Shown one piece after another: positions 51,442-64,000 of a DNA stretch of 64,000 bases. This stretch comes from Hypanus sabinus. Lineage: Eukaryota. The position numbers and the translations under genes were made by a program. Numbering within the stretch: position 1 is the first letter of the stretch; each line of letters starts with the position of its first letter. The notes below the pieces were generated by a model. The model did not search any database and was not told where the DNA came from. It saw nothing but the letters and a program-made list of their open reading frames with translations. The stretch is taken from contig NC_082707.1 in assembly GCF_030144855.1 (NCBI RefSeq), positions 155,434,001-155,498,000 of the forward strand, written 5' to 3'.

Positions 51442-52779
51442 GCAAAGAAGTTCCAAAGAGCTCAGAATTACAGCCACCCAGCATCTACTCATCTATTGTA
51501 TGAATACTTGAGTAAGGTGATTGATGCACACTAAAATAAATATTTAGCCATTATTTCACTTATTTAAAAATAATTGACAATAATTTACAATTCAATATAT
51601 TTTTTCAGCTGTCCGTGTTTTCAAAAAATCAACTTTCAATCAGTTTCTAGAATCCCAAAACTGTTTTGCAACTTTGTCTGAAGCCCATCAATCCTATTAG
51701 GCATAGGCTGCCAACAGCAGTTCGGCAGAATCCTCTGTCCTGGACCGGTCTTTCAAATTGTCCCCAGAGTAGTCCATCATTGAAGATCCTTCCTCGCTCA
51801 GGAATGTGATCTTTAGAGCTTTTGTTAGTGTTTCTATAGCACTGGGATGCACATGCCCAACCTCCTTTTGCAGCCAGGATTGCAACCATCTTTTGCGGAA
51901 TTGTTTTGCAACTAGCTGGAGAAATTATTTTTCTCCTATAGTATCTTAAATATCATTGCAAAATGGTGTTTCATGTTAGGATGAGATCATTGGAAGAATT
52001 CCCACTTATGAGTATCAGTTAGAACCTTCACCTTACCCTCACCACTCTGCAAATATTGAAAAAAATGTTTCCACCAAGCTACTTAATGTCAATTGGAACA
52101 ATTCAGAACAACAACCTACAGCACATACATATCCAATGCTTGTAATTTTTTGGTAAATGTACTGAACTAAACCCAACAAAATTTATGTGTGTACCTTACA
52201 CAGCAATATCCAAAATTCATTCTGGTGAAGAGTCTCTGCCCAAAGCATCAACTCCTTATTCCTTTCCATAGATGCTGCTTGACCTGCTGAGTTCTTCCAG
52301 CATTTTGCGTGTCATATCCAGGATACTTAATTTTACAAAGAATGTGGACACCAAGTCAAAGCCAAATTAACATTAGCATAAATATTGATCACAAAGAGGG
52401 AGAAAAGGGGGGATTTACTGTTGTTTGATAGATCAAATTGCATTCAAGGAAGGAAAAACTGCCATTGCTGTAAATGAGATAGGAGTGTTAGACAAACTTA
52501 CAGAAGCTAAAAATATTTGAATTATAAGAATTACTTTCTTTTCAAAGTTGTCAAATTGTTCATTTGTGCCATACTCTTAAATGACATTTGTCTTGATCAC
52601 AATTGATTCATTATTAACAGAGGAGTAACCAATGGCACTTGAATTGTTGCAAAACAATTTCTGATCAGAGAAAGCAGAAAAGGTGAAGGCTTTGGAAACA
52701 GACTGCTGGACCACTCTCAGCTAAGAAGTAGTGGATCATGCAGAAAACTTGACAATAAATTCAAAGCAGTTTCTTAAAA

Positions 52780-54563
52780 CTTGGCCTTTATTAAATTCTG
52801 TACTGAGCTCCATTTTATTTCACATTACAATACACCAGTTTTGCAAGTGGAGAGGAAAAAAATGCTCTGCTTTTAGAAAGTTAAGCCATTGTCAAATTAT
52901 TCTCTTCCGTTACATGTGGAAGAAAAAAAATCCATTGTAATAACTACTACAACTCCACGCTGTCAAGAAATACAAAAAAAAATCTCAAACATAAAATGAA
53001 TGGACATTGATTTGTTAGCAGTTCTATGGAATACTATTACAATCCATCTCAGGCCCACTGCTGTTCTGAACCACAGTATCATAATATACAAACAGTCTAG
53101 AGCATTCACACTATTACTCTACAGTATATTAAACATTGGGAAGGGACACCAATTCCTTACAATGTACAGTACGTGTGGATAAAAATTGATAAAATAATCA
53201 CATCTGTACACAATATATGTGCAAACTGTATCATTAAATACATGGTTCTGGAAGAGTTAATATATACAAATTATGCAATGGAGACACCATGGCTTGTCCA
53301 TGATCTGGAAATACAACACAGCCACCTAATGGTAACTGTCACTCCTTGTAGTAGTTGTGCTACATTTGTTTTTCCCAAACATTGTAATTGAATCGAAGAT
53401 AGTAGACAACTTGGCATAGATTTAAAGGTTAGACCAACCAACTTTGTTTTACAGGGCAAATAATACATTTTACCATTAGGCAGTGTGACCACAAAGCTAG
53501 CCAACTGGACTCTACAGGATACGTAATTCAGGAACACGAACCTGCTTTTGAAATGACTGAAATTATAATTCAAGGTTTGTAACATCTCGTAAATTAAAGC
53601 GAACAAACCTGGAAAACCGAACCAAGTCTGAAAATATCTTTCTTTCTTGTTTTAAAAATACATAAAAAATACAAGTATTATGTCCATTGCCTTGTCTGAA
53701 TAAATATACTTCACAAGTTGCAAGATAATACATTTTTTATTTTACACAAAACTCTTTTCAGGTCTAGAAATTTTTTGTTAAATAACTTCATTGTTGTGAT
53801 ATATTTGAAACTTTTTTGTAATAAAATAAAACTCTGCAATTACATATAAAAAGAGACAAAATAGTCTTGCTACAGAAATTAGTCTACTGAAAACCAACTT
53901 CTCCGATGACTGTAAACATTACAAAACTTAAATAAGAAATCTCATTTGCATAACTGTGCTCAAAATCCAACAGCAATATAGCGGAAGACTTTTTCATTAC
54001 AGTATCAGTTTTCAATACACTAAATTTCCTGCAACAATCTATTTTGTCCCATTTCCAAATTACACAAAATAGGGCACTCTGCTCACCGTGTACTTTGGCA
54101 GTTCAAGATAGCTAATGCTCCCACAACTAAGACTGAACTGGAACTATTAACCCAACATATGAACTGAGCTGACTGGGCTAGGCTCCCTCTGTTCCATTAC
54201 CAACAAAGCTATTTTTTCAATTGCAGTTATTGTTCTGTGAGTGTCTTCAGAGGAAGGTGGTCACATTCATTTTATTCAATCACCAAGAGTCTTCCACAAA
54301 GTGCCATTTCATGTAATAGAGTGGACAGTAGTCATCAGTGAAGCATGTCTCATCTCCAAATTACATTCAACTTCGTGCTTTGCAGTGCTAAAGGAACTGG
54401 AAGTTAACCAGGCAGAGTGGGAAACTTTTGCTTGAATCCTACTGATAATGCTCGAGTCCAATCAGCTGAGTGCTTCCTATGCTAATGTTCCAGGGTATTT
54501 AGCACTTGTGTCATGGCAGCAGGCTGCTGGGAAAGGGATAGGGAAGGGTATGGGGGCGCATCA
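52780..54563 (-). other. ARID4A: ARID4A 3' UTR with tandem polyA signals
   Basis: Repeat-free AU-rich sequence after the stop; AATAAA on - at 53736-53741, 52814-52819 and 52786-52791. Confidence 0.65.
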
Positions 54564-54667
54564 TCACCTGCATTCTACTGCCACACTGTTTTGGGCTGGT
54601 GAAGAAGAAGTGGGACTCATTCCAGTTTCTGAAGAAGCTGAGGATGTACCTGGAGCTGCAAGTGTAA
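54564..54667 (-). CDS. ARID4A: ARID4A last coding exon
   Basis: VTLAAPGTSSASSETGMSPTSSSPAQNSVAVECR*; matches the ARID4A rather than the ARID4B C-terminus. Confidence 0.95.
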
Positions 54668-54799
54668 CTGGATAATAGAAGAGAACAAAAATTAGTAAAA
54701 AATCTGTAACATATTCTGGAAATATCAGTACAATCTTCAGTTAATACTGATGCTCATTGCAAGATCTTCAACCTTATTAGGCAAAATGATTTAATGTAA

Positions 54800-55415
54800 T
54801 ACCATAAGAGAAAGGAGCAGAAGTAGGCCATTCAGCCCATTGCGTCATCTCCACCATTCAATCAAGAGCTGATCCAATTCTTCCAGTCATCCACACTCCC
54901 TGCCTCCTGCCCATACCATTTGATGCCCGGGCCAATCAAGAACCTATCTATCTCTGCCTTAAATGCACCCAATGACTTGGCCTCCAAGCTGCTCATGGCA
55001 ACAAATTCTACAGATTTACCACCCTCTGTCTAAAGTAATTTCTGTTCTAAATGGACGTCCTTCAATCCTGAAGTCATGCCCTCTTGTCCTGGACTCCCTA
55101 CCATGGGAAGTAACTTTGCCATATCTAATCTGTTCAGGTCTTTTAGCATTCGGAATGTTTCTATGAGATCCCTCCCCCCCACTCCCCGTTGTCCAGAACT
55201 CCAGGGAATACAGCCCAAGAGCCACCAGATGTTCTTCATAAGGTAACCCTTTCATTCCTGGAATCATTCTCGTGAATCTTCTCTGGACGCTCTCCAATGT
55301 CAGTATATCTTTTCTAAAATAAGGAGACCAAAACTGCACACAATACACTAGGCGTGGTCTCACGAGTGCCTTATAAAGCCTCAACATCACAACCCTACTC
55401 TTGTATTCTATACCG
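54800..55415 (-). mobile_element. CR1 3' fragment
   Basis: LYKALVRPRLVYCVQFWSP motif. Confidence 0.85.
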
Positions 55416-56321
55416 TCTTCCAGAAGTGAATCACTCAACTTTCTAAAGGGGTTCATCATTTACATACATAATAAAAACATGATGGAAGGAACAAGTGTAA
55501 GCCACATTTAAATGCAACTTAGAAACCAAAATAACTGCAGAGTTAAATGAGGGAAAACTCGATAAGGAAATGTACAAAACTGACAATTGGAATTCCTTAA
55601 GTATACAAGGACAACCACGTTGAACAAAGAAATAACAGCAATAAGCTAACTAAAGATTGAAATAGAAGAGCTTTGACCTTTAGTGCACAGGCTATTAAAA
55701 TCTATCATATGTATGCAAAATGCATTAATGAAAAATAGCCTTTATTTCTAAAGATTATATAAGGGATAATATGGTGCCTCAATTGCACATGACGACGGCC
55801 TGACCTGACCTGGACTCCTGCATTTAGTTTGGTTCTGTACTCAAGACAGGATAGATTGGTTTAGTAAGGATTGTAATGCAAACTTACCATAGTGAACCTG
55901 GAATTTTATAGAGTTACATTTTAAGTCAAATTCATATTAATTTACTTTACACGCCACACACCTGCAACTAAGGAAAATTAACTCTAATAGAATTGTTTGA
56001 ATTATAAGAGGATTAACTTGATGATAAAAGTTTGGGAGTACTTTTTCCACACAAAAACTAACAATCTAAAATCTGGAACATCAAACCCTAAAACGATCTG
56101 GGTGAAGAGAAATTTTCAGAATCGAAAAGATTGAAAAATTAATTGGCTCAGGGTATCAAGGGAAGCATAATAAATATTTGTGGGTTTGAAATATCATTCA
56201 GCCATACTGAACAATGTTGAAGATTTGATAGAGCTTGATGGCCTACTCTTATTCAAAAGCAGAATGAATCATAAACATTGTTACCAAAGATGTTAAGAGG
56301 ATCAATCATGTTAATCATTAC

Positions 56322-56468
56322 CTTCTCTCTCTTTCTTTTTTAATCGCTTTCTTCTCCTATCTATGGATGCTACCTCCGATTTCAAAGACATATAGTATTT
56401 TCTGATCTCCTGTAGCTTGTCCTGTAGGAAAGCTATCCGTTCAGCACTTGTCAGATTATTAAGATCAG
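56322..56468 (-). CDS. ARID4A: ARID4A penultimate exon (147 nt)
   Basis: [48 protein letters not shown]; AG/GT boundaries. Confidence 0.97.
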
Positions 56469-56704
56469 CTGAGGAAAAAAATATTAAATTTATGCACATA
56501 AATAAAATACACTACTACACTGTGATAAATAAACAAGTCAACAATCTCAAATAGAATGTGCATTATGCATTTAACTTTATTGCTTAGAGATACAGCATAG
56601 TAACAGGCCCTTCCAGCCCAATGAGCCCACAGTGCCCAATTACATCCATGTGACCAATTAACCTACTAACCCATCCATATCATTGACTCTGTCCACATTA
56701 GACA

Positions 56705-58790
56705 ACTTGCACTAACCATCACAAAGTTCATAGTAAACTTATTGTGGAGTACATGCATGCCACCATATGAAACCCTGAGATTTCTTTTCTTGCAGGCATA
56801 CAGAGTAGATCCAAGCAACACAATAGAATCATTAGAAGACTGCATCCAACAGGGCTGACAAATAACCAATGTGCAGAAGACAGCCAACTGTGCAAATACA
56901 AAGGAAAACAAAACAATAGCAATAAATATTGAGAACATGAGATGAAAAGTCTTTGAAAGTGAGTCCATAGGTTATGGGAATAGTTCAGTGATAGGACAAG
57001 TGAATTTGAATTCCTCTGGTTCAAGAGTGAGAACAGAGCATGACCTAGGTGACGGGGGTCCTTGATGATGGATGCAGCATCACTTCTGTGTTGATGTGCT
57101 CAATGGTGGGGAGGGTTTTACCCATGATAGACTGGGTCGTATTCACTACTCTTTGTAGGATTTTCTATTCAAGGGCACTGGTGGTTCCACTCCAGGCTGT
57201 AATGCAAACAGTCAATACACACATATACAGATTTTATTGCTAATGTTGTAAGGTGTTTCATTTAATGGTTTTCTGTAGAAGCAGTGTGTTCTGCTGGTAG
57301 TGTTAGGGTTACCATTAAAGATAAGGGGTTATGATGTTGATGCTTAGGAATGTCATATCATCCAGTCAGGATGGTGGAATTGGGAGAAGGTTCAAGAGAA
57401 TGCTGGGCAGAGGTGTTTTTGTTATGGACACTGAAGGGGTGGGGGGTGGTCGAAGTCCTGTTCGGTGGGACATGGAGAGAGAAGAAGATCGAGAGAACCG
57501 GCCAATGGGAATACTGGATTCAATGGAATCCAAGAGCGGAAATCCTACCGGCGATCAGTGAACAGGAGTCTGCACTGTGAGTACACCAGACATATCAGCT
57601 TTTGGGAAATCTGAGCATCAACTTCGGCACATTCAACTGTTTTAATTATGATGGGCCCTTTTCTTTTTTTCTTTCTTCTTTAATAACGGTTAAGCTAACC
57701 TTCATAAATATACTTTCTTTATAAACGTATGCAGTGTACAATCTTTTATTTCTTGCTGATGGGCAATTGCATGCAGGCAGCAGTTACACAGTCATCATAC
57801 AGATCAGGGTTCAAGTGGGTGAGACATCTCAGCTTCCTGGTTCTGCTGGAACCCAAGTCACATTGACCCTAGATGGACAGAGTCTAGGGAAGGTGGTTTT
57901 CTCACCCCAATGGCCAATGGCTGATAGTGAGGGACTAACGAGCTGCATCCCAAGAAGTGCCCAGCAAAAAGGAGTTTCATAAGGAAGTAAAGGTGTTGCA
58001 ATGCTTCCTTCATAATGACACTTATGTGCTGGACCTAGGACAGATCCTCTGAAATGATAAAACTGACAAATTTTAAGTTGCTGAACCTCTCCACCTCTGA
58101 TTCCCCCAATGATCACTGGCTCATGGATCTCTGATTTTCTCCCCGCATGGTCAATAATTAGCTTCTTGGTCTTGCTGACATTGAGTGAGAGGTTCTTGTG
58201 TGGCACCACTCAGCTAGCTTTTCAACCTCCCTCGTATATGCTGATTTGTCTCCACTTTTGATTTGGCTAATGACAGTGGTGTCAACAGCAAAGTTAAATA
58301 GGACAATGTAGCTGTGCTTAGTCTCACAGATATAAGTATTAAGCAATTAGAGCAGGGGACTAAACACACAACCATGCAGCACACCTGTGCTGATGGAGAT
58401 TGTGGAAGGAATGTTGTTGCCAATCCAAACTGATTAGGTTTTGCAAGTGAGGAAATTGAGAATCCAATTGCACAAGGAGGCATTGAGGACAAAGTCTTGA
58501 AACTTTTTGTTTAGCTTTGAGGGGATGATAATATTGAATGCCAAGTTGTAATAATAAAGGGCATCCTGATGTATGCATTTTTGCTGTCCAAATGTTCCAA
58601 GGGTGAGTGAAGAAGCCAATGAAATGGCATCTGCTATGGACCTGTTGTGATGGTAGGTAACTGGTGTGGACCTGAGTGGCTTCTCAGGCAGGAATACATG
58701 TTTCATCACCTATCACTCAAAGCACTTCATCACAGTGGATGTAAGTGCTACTGAAGGTTACCATATTCTTCTTAGCCACTGGTATAATTG
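56705..58790 (-). mobile_element. Degenerate Rex1-like LINE with an LTR-like insert (~57244-57979)
   Basis: YHHNRSIADAISL, LCNWILNFLT and LNVSKTKKLIID motifs; an unrelated TG...CA-bounded block interrupts it, with no clear TSD. Confidence 0.7.
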
Positions 58791-58794
58791 ATTT

Positions 58795-59940
58795 GAGAAA
58801 GTCTGAGATGCTGGAAATCCAAAGTAACACAGACAAAATGCTGGAGGAACTCAGCAGGTCAGGCAGCATCTATGGAACTGAACAAGGGGACATAGCCTCA
58901 AGATGCGGGGGAGCAGATTAAGAACGGAGATGAGGAGGAACTCGTTTTCCCACAGAGTGGTAAATCTACCAAATTCTCTGCCCAATGAAGCAGCGGAGGC
59001 TACGTCAATAAATATATTTAAGAGAAAGTTGGACAGATTTTTGCATAGTAGGGGAATTAAGCGGTATGTGGAAAAGGCGGGTAGGTGGAGATGGGTCCAG
59101 GGTTAGACCAGCCATGATCTTACTGAATGGCAGAGCAGGCTCGACGGGCCAGATGGCCTACCCCTGCTCCTATTCGACATTTCCAGCCAAGACCCTTGTT
59201 CCAGACTGAGAAGGAAGGGGGTAGATGGCGGGGGGGGGGGGGGGGGAAGAGTGGGAGGAGGCTAGCTGGAAGGTGATAAGTGAAGGCTGGTGGGAAAGGT
59301 CAAGAGCTGGAGAAGAAGAGATCTGATAGAAGAGGAGAGTAGACCGAGGGCGAAAAGGAAGGAGGAGGGGACCCAGTAGAAAATAATATGCAGGTGAGAA
59401 GAGGTAAAAGGTGAGAAGACTGGGGTGGGGGGGGTGGAGGGAGAGGGAAATGTGATTACTGGAAGGAAAAATGAATTTTCATGCCATTATGTTGCAGGAA
59501 CCTAGATGGAATATAAGGAGTTGCTTCTCCAACCTGAAGGTGGCCTTATCCTGGCACAAGAGGAGGCCACAGACCAACACGTCAGAATGAGAATGGGAAT
59601 CAGAATTAAAATGTTTGGCCACTGGGGAGTCCTGCTTGTGATGGATGGTGAGGAGGGGCACAGTGAAGTGCCCCTCTCCCCCCCCCCAAAGTTACAACAT
59701 GTCTCACCATTGTAGCGGTGGCCGCATCAGGAGCACTAGACACAATAGACAACTCCAGCAGATTTTCAGGTGGTGTTGCCTGGGGCCCTGAATGGAGGTG
59801 TGGCACTTAGACAGCTGGCAGGGATAAATACCAGGAGGGATATCACTGGGGAGGGATGAAAGGACAAGAGAATCTCAAAGGGAGCAATGATCCTAGGGGG
59901 TAGGGTAAAGATATGTTTAGTGGTAAGATTCCCTTTGGAA
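58795..59940 (-). mobile_element. Penelope 3' end (GIY-YIG remnant + terminal repeat) with a CR1 insert (~58884-59173, +)
   Basis: PVAKHFNS..RLEKQLLIFHLGS (59479-59661) is contiguous with the same short-repeat family that carries the hammerhead. Confidence 0.78.
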
Positions 59941-61251
59941 TTGAAGTCTGTTTGAAGCAAGTGAGTACCTCACATTGCCAAATCCACCAGCCATCTGCTT
60001 TTAAATTATTTTAACCTCCTCCTTCTTCTTAGACTGTCCTTAGAAACCTTAGGATACCTTGCTTTCACTCCAGTTTTTATGAGATCTGAGATGACTGATG
60101 AAGTCAATGCACGAATCACAGACTCTTCTATACATAGGAAAGAAAGTGCCTAAAAGGACATACAGATAAGTCACTTATAAATGGAGCTCTCGTTCCACTA
60201 TTTATGCAGGGTAACTGTGTGCTCCCAATAATTGGGATAGAGGTTCTCAATTCCATCCCAATAGCCCTTTGTACAATTTGAGCAGTCAAGAGCCGGGAGA
60301 GCCTGTTGGGATGCTGCAGCTTTTCACAGAGATTTTGAGCATATCTTTGAACCTTTTCCTCTAAGCATCTGGTCATCTCTTCCCATGATGCTGCTCTAAC
60401 CAGAGTAGAGGAAACCTCCATGTTACTTGAAAATGATTTGCATCATCTGCTCATACGTCAAGAAATGTTTTGTGTTCATTTATGTACATTCCACATAATT
60501 TCCATGAGAGAAAATGTTATTCCATACCTCAGATTTATGGGTAGTGATTTGTGAATTCTGTAAGGGTGAATTTCCCTTTCTCAAACAGCTGTAATACAGG
60601 AGTTGCCTGCCTGTATCTGTTTCAAGAGTCTAATGTTGTACAACATGGCCTGTGCAACAGAACAGGCTGAATACAACTATGGCCTTAATGCTGGGGATGT
60701 TGCCTTGGGGGAAGTCAGTGAAGCTGGTCTGCTTATCCTTAGTCATTTACAAATGCATTGAACAGTGTTCGGCAAATTTCATATTACACAAATACAACAG
60801 AAGACTTGAGATTCATTGCTATGTTAGATCTTCCACCACAGAGAAGTGACCTTGCTGAGAAAATTATTTCTCAAGCAAAATTTTCTGGTCAAGATTTCTT
60901 ATTCTAATTAGATTCCATAAATTATCATTTAATTTAATAATTAGATTACAACCACAAATTTTTCACTAGCTTATGAAATTCCATTCAACATAGCAGCTAA
61001 AGCAGCTTCAAGAGAGCAGTTAAATTACAGTGAACAATGCAACCACTACAAACAGGAATTGTAAATGGCCATAAAAGACTTAAAAAATGAATTTCTTGAA
61101 AGATGTATCACTTTTTAATCCCCTTACATCAATTAGAAATGATAGGCAAATTAGGCCTTTGGGTACACCAAGTGAAGCCTACTGCATTCAAAACAACTGA
61201 GGCTAAAATAGATTAAGATTAATCTGGACTACAAAATAATGTTTTTCTTAC

Positions 61252-61455
61252 CAAGCTGGAAACTCCATTTATAGGTCCTGGGTGACGTACTATCATTTCC
61301 ATCTTTCTCTTTGTCTTTATCGCCATCTTTATTGTTGGGAGAAATCAACCTTGAAGGGGACCTGCCAAATTTTTGAGACTTATTTGAAGTCTTCACTGGA
61401 GTGCATTTATTGGAGTTGTCTATGACTGGTAGGTCTTCACTATCACTGCTGTTGC
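61252..61455 (-). CDS. ARID4A: ARID4A internal exon (204 nt)
   Basis: [22 protein letters not shown]...[11 protein letters not shown]; phase 1/1. Confidence 0.95.
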
Positions 61456-61465
61456 CTTCAAAAAA

Positions 61466-61490
61466 TATTATTATTATTATTATTATTATT
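61466..61490. repeat. (TAT)n microsatellite in a 92-nt intron
   Basis: About 8 direct TAT repeats next to the acceptor. Confidence 0.9.
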
Positions 61491-61547
61491 AAAAAACGTC
61501 TTAATAAAACAGCTTACAATTTGCTAAGTTCCAGCTTCAAAACTTAC

Positions 61548-61652
61548 CAGTTCCATTCTTTTCACTTTTACTGGATACATTTGACCGTTTATGGCTACGC
61601 TTTTGTTTCTTTGCTGGTGTCCCATTATTGCTATCGCTTATTCTCTTCTGAC
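61548..61652 (-). CDS. ARID4A: ARID4A internal exon (105 nt)
   Basis: GQKRISDSNNGTPAKKQKRSHKRSNVSSKSEKNGT; phase 1/1. Confidence 0.93.
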
Positions 61653-63125
61653 CTATATGTAATTGAAACATTTGAATGTAAAAGTAATCTATAACACTAC
61701 AGCATGTTCACATCACTGAGTAATGATAATAATTATCATTCACAATAGCTTATTGGTTTCATATACATCCTACATGTTCACATCCATAAATACAACACCA
61801 GGTTCTTTCAGAAAGAGCTTAGGAAATGAAATTCATTCTTAAACTTTTCAAAAAGTTAAACTTCCATTTAGACTGAGTACAAGAGGAAGGAATTACAGAT
61901 TTCTCCAGAAAATTAAAATTTTATTAACAAATTCACAATGGGGGATTTATTTTAGGGAATGCTTTCAAAAATAAGTGTGTGAAAACTTGCAAAATTGAGG
62001 TCTTTTTGACAAGATGACCAGAAGAAAATGGGGCAAGGAGATGAGGGGTGACCCTTAAGCACTTATGTATGTCCATGTGACAATAATGGAAAGTGGATGA
62101 ATAAATTTTGTGGTTCAGCTTGAATATTTATCCCTTTCAAAATGTGTGGTTTTCATCTTCTACAGCCTTACAGAATAAAGTCACACTTAACTCATGATCC
62201 ATGGCAGCTGTCAGCTAGTCTCAACTACTGAAGCACCAGAGTTATAACACAATACATGATTTTGGTACAGACAGTTTTTGAGACTCTGTAATTTCTGGAA
62301 TGCAACCCCACAGAGTTTAGCTGCACCTCTCATGATCTTTTCAGCCAACAAAACTTTTTCTTTAGAAAGAACATAATCCCTTCATTGACTTTGTAAAAAC
62401 AGTGAACTTTACAACCAAACTTTGGTTGGCATCTGAACCAAAATTCAACTTCATCTTCAATAGTTCCTAATACATCTGATAGAAATCAAATCATTACTAT
62501 TTTGTTCAAACCCTAACCATGTAAAAGCTTCATCTCCATGCTTCTTAGCTCTGCTTAACATGTCATTCTTATTTAGTTGTTTTCTAAAATCTAATGGTTT
62601 TGCTGTGGTTCTAAAAACTCCCAAAGGTTTTTTGTCTCCTTTATATAATACATTATCGCTTCCAGTTGCCATTTAATCCTGCAGGGATTAATACTTTTGC
62701 TTCAACATCTCTCACTGCATGATAAACCCTTAAAGCTAGTGTATATACTAGATACCCCAGATTAATTATACAAATACAAAGCAGGAAGAAAAATACTTAA
62801 GATATAACAACAAAAAACCAATAAATTTATAAGATTTCAATGAAAATAAATTAATAAGCATCAAGACAAAAGCATATTGAACATCATTAAAATCAAACTT
62901 ATTTGTGGGAAGAAGTGAAAATTCAGAATATTCTGCAAAGAAGATCCTCTTAAGATTTTAAGGCATAGGCTTCTGTGCAAGTCATTTGCTCATTCAAAAA
63001 ATCATATGAATTAATGAAACTTCAGAATAAAATGTACCTTCTAAAAGACAAGACACACAACCCAAAATATAATTTCTTTCAGTTTAATCTTCAATTAATA
63101 ATGTAGCGTATTTATAATTCCCTAC

Positions 63126-64000
63126 CTTTATCCTTGTTCTCAGCTTCTTGTACCGTGACACTGCTGCTTGAGCTCGTACTGGCATCAAACCCGTTGACAG
63201 ACTCACTCTCACATAATCCTTCCTGTGATTCACCAGCAACACTGTCCACTTCAATAGTAATATCACTTTCACTTTTGACGCTGCGAACTTCATCTTGATG
63301 AACAGGTGCGGGTGATGCAATTGGCAAAACCTGCTGCATTGATGTAGACACAACTGCAATAACTAATTCAGGAGAATTGGATCTTGAATTTCCTGCACCT
63401 ATATCTTCACTACTGCTTTTTTCTTTCTCATCCAAGTCATCCAAATCTACCTCATGGCAAACTAAAGCTTCAGGCCCAATCGGTGGCATTGTATCTTCAT
63501 CAGTTTTCAATGAAATATCCTCTTCAATTTCTAAACAGGGAGCTTCCAATTCTTGTTTTATGCACATGCCTGTAACAATGTTTGATGGAGAAACATCACC
63601 ATTTTCAAGTTCTAACCTTTCAATCATTTTATATTCTTTACATTCACTGCCAAAAAGCTCTTTTTTCTCAGAATCTTCCTCTTTTGCAGTTTGCATTTCA
63701 TCTTCACTATCCCTCCGAAGCCTTTTATCAGGTGTTAACTGTTCTGGAGATTTTCTCTTCCCTGGTTTCTTTTCATCATCTACAACTTCATTTGACAATG
63801 CAGTATCTGTAATTGGAATTTCTTCTTCAGGTGCACTAGGGGTTGCTAGCTGGTTGTCCTCTAAGCTTACCAATTTTTCCATATTTAGTTCACTCTCAGT
63901 AGTTGCTTCTGTGTGATTAGCAAGAACAGGCTTGTTATTTTCTGAATAATTATCTCGAGTTCTAGTTCTTCTTCCCTTGCCTTTTGGAGACCTCTCTATC
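63126..64000 (-). CDS. ARID4A: ARID4A large exon (5' part outside the window)
   Basis: Frame open to the window edge; SPKGKGRR, IGPEALVCHEVDLDDLDEK and RSVKSESDITIEVDSVAGESQEGLCE motifs; AAAG|GTAGG donor. Confidence 0.96.

Noticed and set aside
63377-63916. 179-aa plus-strand ORF
   Set aside because: Antisense shadow of the ARID4A exon.
54564-64000. Calling the locus ARID4B/TOMM20
   Set aside because: The last-exon sequence and the TIMM9/KIAA0586 neighbours indicate ARID4A/TOMM20L.
1-64000. CRISPR arrays, rRNA, tRNA or prokaryotic systems
   Set aside because: None seen; the repeated motifs are dispersed retroelement ends in spliced vertebrate DNA.

Overview
Vertebrate genomic DNA, probably a cartilaginous fish (ray or skate; inferred from the CR1/Rex1/Penelope repeat landscape). 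The window holds the conserved block KIAA0586(TALPID3, -) / TIMM9(+) / TOMM20L(-) / ARID4A(-). I reconstructed the complete spliced TIMM9 CDS (3 coding exons, 90 aa) and TOMM20L CDS (5 exons, 151 aa), the last five coding exons of ARID4A, and the first one or two exons of KIAA0586. Most intronic DNA is decayed transposable elements: CR1, Rex1, RTE, Penelope, Tc1, Gypsy and solo LTRs. Most notable: (i) many Penelope-derived short elements carrying minimal hammerhead-ribozyme cores, including a TSD-flanked palindromic copy in TIMM9 intron 1; (ii) a young full-length hAT transposon one base from an intact ~644-aa transposase, with an LTR-like module just upstream of its ATG; (iii) a TOMM20L that looks like canonical TOMM20, has a housekeeping-type promoter and probably overlaps TIMM9 at the 3' end. 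All coordinates were counted by hand and no database searches were run.
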